Below are positions 55,811 through 60,836 of a DNA stretch of 60,836 nt, one piece after another; the stretch's first letter is position 1, and each line of letters begins with the position of its first letter. Origin of the DNA: Chloroflexota bacterium (lineage in GTDB: Bacteria > Chloroflexota > UBA11872); assembly GCA_034428595.1 (NCBI GenBank), contig DAOUHO010000041.1:1-60836 (forward strand), given 5' to 3'. The position numbers were made by a program, and so were the translations under genes. The notes below the pieces were generated by a model. That model saw only the letters and a program-made list of their open reading frames with translations. It searched no databases and was not told the origin of the DNA.

Positions 55811-57058
55811 CTAGGCCGTGACGTAGACCCCGCGGTCGGCGAGGACTTGCTCGAATGAGGTGACGGTGGGCTTGACGGCAAAGCTGTCGGCGGTCTGGCT
55901 GTCGATGGCTTCCTGCGTCTTGAGGCCGTTGCCCGTGATGAGGGCCACGGTGAGATCGTCGGGACCGATGGCGCCGCTCTCGGCCAGGTGCTTGAGCACA
56001 CCCACGGTGACGCCGCCGGCGGTCTCGGCGAAGACTCCTTCAGTTTCGGCCAGGAGCCGGATGCCGTCCACGATCTCGGCGTCGGAGACGGCGTCGATGA
56101 CGCCGTCGCACTGCTTGGCCAGCTTGAGGGCGTAGAACCCGTCGGCCGGATTGCCGATGGCCAGCGACTTGGCGATGGTCTGCGGCGTGCGCACGGCGCG
56201 ATAGGTCATGCTGTCGCGCGCGAAGGCCTCGGCGACCGGCGCGCAGCCGTCGCCCTGGGCGCCGTGGATGCGCGTGTGCTGCTCATCCAGCAGCCCGACA
56301 TCGACCATCTCGCGCAGGCCCTTGCCGATCTTGGTGTAGAGCGAGCCGGAGGCGATGGGCGCGACGATGTGGTCGGGCGCTTGCCAGCCCAGCTGCTCCA
56401 CCGTCTCGAAGGCCAGGGTCTTGGATCCCTCGGCGTAGTAGGGGCGCACGTTGATGTTGCAGAAGGCCCACTCGTAGAGGTCGGCAATCTCGCTGCAGAG
56501 GCGGTTGAGCTCGTCGTAGGTGCCGTCAACGGCCACGATGCGCGCGCCGTAGACCGCGGCGCCGCGCACCTTGCCCAGCTCGATGTCGGCGGGCAGGAAG
56601 ACGTAGGTATCCATGCCGTGCCGGGCGCCGGCGGCGGCGACGGCGCCGGCCAGGTTGCCGGTGGAGGCACAGGCGAAGGTCTCATAGCCCAGCTCGCGCG
56701 CCTTGGCCACGGCCACGGCGACGACGCGGTCCTTGAAGGAGAAGCTGGGGTTGACGGTGTCGTTCTTGATATAGAGCCGGTTGAGCCCCAGCCGCTCGCC
56801 CAGGTTGTGGGCGCGCTGCAGGGGCGTGAGGCCCACGGGCCAGGTGGCATCCCAACCGCTCTCGACGGGCAGCAGGTCGGCGTAGCGCCAGAGGGTCTGG
56901 GGACCGGCGGCGATGGACTCGCGCGAGACGCGGTCGCGGATGGCCTGGTAGTCAAACTGCACCTCGAGCGGGCCGAAACAGAACTCGCAGACGTGAACCG
57001 CTATGGGTTCGTAGGCACGGCCGCATTCGCGGCACTGGAGCGCATTGATGGTGCTCAC
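55811..57058 (-). CDS. threonine-synthase-family PLP enzyme with N-terminal zinc ribbon; probably an O-phosphohomoserine sulfhydrylase (MetM-like) rather than a true ThrC
   Basis: CRECGRAYEPIAVHVCEFCFGPLE zinc ribbon, the PLP-lysine context NPSFSFKDR, and STGNLAG. GTG start at 57058. It is controlled by a SAM-I riboswitch and followed by a sulfur-carrier gene. Confidence 0.8.
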   Translation of the reverse strand: MSTINALQCRECGRAYEPIAVHVCEFCFGPLEVQFDYQAIRDRVSRESIAAGPQTLWRYADLLPVESGWDATWPVGLTPLQRAHNLGERLGLNRLYIKNDTVNPSFSFKDRVVAVAVAKARELGYETFACASTGNLAGAVAAAGARHGMDTYVFLPADIELGKVRGAAVYGARIVAVDGTYDELNRLCSEIADLYEWAFCNINVRPYYAEGSKTLAFETVEQLGWQAPDHIVAPIASGSLYTKIGKGLREMVDVGLLDEQHTRIHGAQGDGCAPVAEAFARDSMTYRAVRTPQTIAKSLAIGNPADGFYALKLAKQCDGVIDAVSDAEIVDGIRLLAETEGVFAETAGGVTVGVLKHLAESGAIGPDDLTVALITGNGLKTQEAIDSQTADSFAVKPTVTSFEQVLADRGVYVTA

Positions 57059-57224
57059 GGAAGATCGTCCTTCAGTTGGCCATGGGTCGGGGGGCTAGCC
57101 CTCGGGGGATGGACTCAGTCGGTGGCCGAAGCGGCCAATCGGCCCGCGGCGCGCGCGGGCCCGGCCATCGCCATGACCGGCCGACGGACGATGCGCCTGT
57201 AGCTCACCGTGAACATCCCACTTG

Positions 57225-57258
57225 CACGAAACCCCTCGCTGCTCCGACCAGCGAGGGG
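57225..57258 (-). terminator. riboswitch expression-platform terminator
   Basis: The minus strand reads CCCCTCGCTG-gtcggag-CAGCGAGGGG followed by TTTCGTG, directly 3' of the SAM aptamer. Confidence 0.55.
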
Positions 57259-57273
57259 TCACGATTCCCGTGA

Positions 57274-57377
57274 CCTCTCATCTCGCGACTTTCGCCGCCG
57301 GAGTTGGCACCTTGCGCGTGGCCGCGCAGGTTGCCAGGCTTCGCAGGGCCTGTTCCCTCCACCACTCTGGATGAGAG
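57274..57377 (-). promoter_or_regulatory. SAM-I (S-box) riboswitch aptamer
   Basis: The minus strand reads CTCTCATCCAGAGTGGTGGAGGGAACAGGCCCTGCGAAGCCTGGCAACCTGCGCGGCCACGCGCAAGGTGCCAACTCCGGCGGCGAAAGTCGCGAGATGAGAGG. This matches the canonical S-box blocks: CTCTTATCnAGAG.GG.GGAGGGA..GGCCC, GAAGCC.GGCAACC, GGTGCCAA.TCC and AGATGAGAG. Confidence 0.88.
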
Positions 57378-57563
57378 CCAGCCATGTGCTCGTCCATGGC
57401 AAGCGGAAGGATATCACCCCGCGTTGGCCTCGCCAACGGGCCCACGTGCTATTCTTGGGGCACGTTCACGCATGTGAGCGCTTCCGTGCGCGCTGCGGTG
57501 ACCCTTTTGACATTGCCCGCCTTGGCGGCGCATCTCTTGGGTCCGAGCCGCAAACGCGCGGCA

Positions 57564-57591
57564 CCTTAACAGGGGAAGAGTGAGCGTGAGG
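57564..57591 (+). other. 5' arm of the 16S rRNA processing stem
   Basis: ccttaacaggggaagagtgagcgtgagg is the near-perfect reverse complement of 59392-59421. Confidence 0.7.
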
Positions 57592-57737
57592 ATTCGGGTC
57601 GCCCATGGCCTGAATCTCAGCGCGACAGTAGTCCGTGTTGATCAGGACGGCTCGATGGAGCCGCGGAGCGTTTCGGCGCTCGGCGGTCCTAAACACTGAC
57701 CAACCGCTTGGCCGCGACGCGGTCGAGCTTGAGGTTT

Positions 57738-59259
<1,522 letters not shown>

Positions 59260-59391
59260 AGGGAATTTGTTGGGCAGTCAACCTGCCCGACTATCCTAGG
59301 TTGAGGATCGACCGGCACCGGTTGGCCTTCGGGCCGACCAACTGCCGCGCTGAGGACCACAAAGCTATCGAGCCCAGGCCTGGAACACCCA

Positions 59392-59421
59392 CCTCACGCT
59401 CACTCTTCCCCGTCGTTAAGG
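59392..59421 (+). other. 3' arm of the 16S rRNA processing stem
   Basis: cctcacgctcactcttccccgtcgttaagg pairs with 57564-57591. Confidence 0.7.
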
Positions 59422-59445
59422 TGTGTTACGCACCGGCGGCGGGAG

Positions 59446-59795
59446 CCGCCGGGCCGGCCAGGCGGTCGCCCCGATCTTCGCGTCGGGGAGGAAAGTCCGC
59501 ACTCCATCGAGCACGGCAGCGGGTAACGCCCGTCGTCCAACGTCGGTACGTCCGACGAAGGGCAGGAACAGGGGCACAGTGACGATGCCCGGCGCTTGTG
59601 ACACCTCCTCCGGGAGTACAAGCACGAGTACGCGCCAGGCGTGAAACGGCCAACCTCTGCCGGGAGCAAGGCCAAGCCGGGACGTTTGCAGGCTGCTCGC
59701 CAAGTCCCAGGTAGGCCGCACGAGGCCGGCGGCAACGCCGGTCCCAGATAGATGACCGCCCGCGACAGAATGCGGCTTATCGGCCGGTTCGGCGG
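59446..59795 (+). ncRNA. rnpB: RNase P RNA, bacterial type A
   Basis: P1 is 14 bp: CCGCCGGGCCGGCC (59446-59459) pairs with GGCCGGTTCGGCGG (59782-59795), including two G-U pairs. P4 blocks: GGAGGAAAGTCCG (59487-59499) and ACAGAATGCGGCTTATCGG (59765-59783). Also present: GGGTAACGCCCG, GGAGCAAGGCCAAG, CCCAGGTAGGCCGC and CCCAGATAGATGACCGCC. All are collinear with E. coli M1 RNA. Confidence 0.9.
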
Positions 59796-59856
59796 TGCGC
59801 CCGCGCATCCGGCGACCCGCACTGCGTGCCGCGTGGGATGGGATGCCCTGACGTCA

Positions 59857-59878
59857 CCCAGGCTGCGCGCGGCCTGGG
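59857..59878. repeat. REP-like palindrome, family D
   Basis: cccaggctgcgcgcggcctggg, one mismatch from the 5307-5328 copy. Confidence 0.7.
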
Positions 59879-59894
59879 CCAACGGGTGAATCAA

Positions 59895-59919
59895 GGGCGC
59901 CCACAAGGGACGCCCCTAC
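59895..59919 (-). repeat. REP-like hairpin, family C
   Basis: gggcgcccacaagggacgcccctac. Confidence 0.75.
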
Positions 59920-59935
59920 AAGGCGATCGCCCGGT

Positions 59936-59960
59936 GTAGGGGCAACCCTCGTGGTTGCCC
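59936..59960 (+). repeat. REP-like hairpin, family C
   Basis: gtaggggcaaccctcgtggttgccc. Confidence 0.75.
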
Positions 59961-59986
59961 AGGTGCACCCCACCGCGGGTTCACCC

Positions 59987-60011
59987 GTAGGGGCGGTTCG
60001 CGAACCGCCCC
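59987..60011 (+). repeat. REP-like hairpin, family C (perfect GGGGCGGTTCGCGAACCGCCCC palindrome)
   Basis: gtaggggcggttcgcgaaccgcccc. Confidence 0.75.
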
Positions 60012-60173
60012 TTCCAAACGTCGACCCTCGCCGCAGCCCGCGTGGCCAATCTGCTCGTTTCCCCAGGAAGGATCCAGGCTTGACCCCCGTCCGTTCACCC
60101 TGAGCTTGTCGAAGGGGATTCAGAATGGATGGGGGTCCATATATGCCATCGGGTTTCCTTGTTCAGCGTGTCC

Positions 60174-60809
60174 CTATCGACCCGATGGCCTGCGGCGTGA
60201 TCTCCACGTCCGCCGGCGCGCCCACGCCAGCGCCACGCTGCCCCCGACGGCCATGGATGCGGCCAGCGCGTTGAACAGGATGTCCAGCGGGTCGAAGGCG
60301 CGGACGGGCACGAACCACTGGATGCCCTCGTCCACCACGCCGATCAGCACCGCCGCCACGAATGCGACCAGGGCGGGCACGGGAACGCGACGGCCCTGGC
60401 TCTTCCGCTCCGTGAGCGCTTCGTAGATCAGGAGCGCCACCACGCCGTATTCGATGAGGTGGCTGCGTTCCGTTGCCAGCGCCATCCGGACGAACACCAG
60501 TCCGTAGACCGCCGCGACGCCAAGCGCGACGGCAATCTCGGTGCCGCCGGGTCGCCATTGCAGTCCCCGCGTCACCACGGCCACGCCGATCATGAGCATG
60601 GCGAGGACGAAGAGGGGGGTGAGAACGCCGGAGTCGCGCAGCAGCCCGGCCAGGCTGGTCGCCAGGCCGAGGGTCGCGTAGATCGCCGCCACCACCAGCA
60701 GCGTCCAGGCCCAGAGCCGCCGCTCCCGAACCGAAGAGAAGAAGGGCATGGACGCATCGAACGGGGCTTGGGTCAGGTTGTCAACACCGGGCGTGGGAAC
60801 TATGGGCAA
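60174..60809 (-). CDS. VanZ-family membrane protein
   Basis: Multiple TM helices plus the VDEGIQWFVPVRAFDPLDILFNALAASMG pattern typical of VanZ-like proteins. An alternative start is the ATG at 60749. Confidence 0.7.
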   Translation of the reverse strand: MPIVPTPGVDNLTQAPFDASMPFFSSVRERRLWAWTLLVVAAIYATLGLATSLAGLLRDSGVLTPLFVLAMLMIGVAVVTRGLQWRPGGTEIAVALGVAAVYGLVFVRMALATERSHLIEYGVVALLIYEALTERKSQGRRVPVPALVAFVAAVLIGVVDEGIQWFVPVRAFDPLDILFNALAASMAVGGSVALAWARRRTWRSRRRPSGR

Positions 60810-60836
60810 CTGCGGGACGCTCGGCGCAGCTGGTTC

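Noticed and set aside
57507-57535. TTGACA hexamer as the 16S rRNA promoter.
   Set aside because: There is no convincing -10 element at 16-18 nt spacing (gcatct/catctc). The promoter is probably in this region but cannot be pinned down by eye.
59260-59445. Expected tRNA-Ile/tRNA-Ala genes and a 23S rRNA gene downstream of the 16S; tRNAs elsewhere in the window.
   Set aside because: No cloverleaf-compatible sequence or GTTCRANYC T-loop context was found by eye. The interval holds the processing-stem arm and then rnpB. A tRNAscan run would be the decisive check.

Overview
High-GC (about two-thirds G+C by eye), densely coding bacterial chromosomal window. Gene content and 16S signatures suggest a Chloroflexota-like lineage, but this is tentative. 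Most long ORFs in the six-frame track are antisense shadows of the real genes.

Housekeeping content: ltaE (partial), an AIR-synthase-fold gene, a long PIMT homologue, pabB, glnA, a surface-propeller/holB/ricT-like operon, rpsO-pnp-dapB-asd-dapA-udg-rnj, ftsK, two DapA-family paralogues, a Gfo/Idh/MocA oxidoreductase, an MFS transporter, an OmpR/HK two-component system and leuS. A SAM-I riboswitch controls a ThrC-like plus MoaD-like pair. The 16S rRNA gene is followed by RNase P RNA rather than by tRNAs and 23S.

Accessory or unusual content:
- A tandem family of ~955-aa polytopic, GT-C-like membrane proteins: two intact copies, one internally deleted and frameshifted copy, and one C-terminal relic.
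- Two cassettes that each sit between an intact gene 3' end and a decayed in-frame copy of that same 3' end. One is a 2.9-kb secreted GH-like gene after rnj; the other is a ~1-kb DUF433/DUF5615 toxin-antitoxin pair after leuS.
- hicBA, and a stand-alone csrA.
- An orphan DinJ/RelB antitoxin next to a ~0.5-kb AT-rich non-coding island.
- At least five families of REP-like palindromic repeats in nearly every intergenic gap.

I found no CRISPR array, tRNA, transposase or integrase. I saw no clearly novel multi-gene system. The strongest leads are the 3'-end-duplication cassettes, the membrane-protein array, the riboswitch-controlled sulfur-carrier pathway and the 16S-rnpB linkage.
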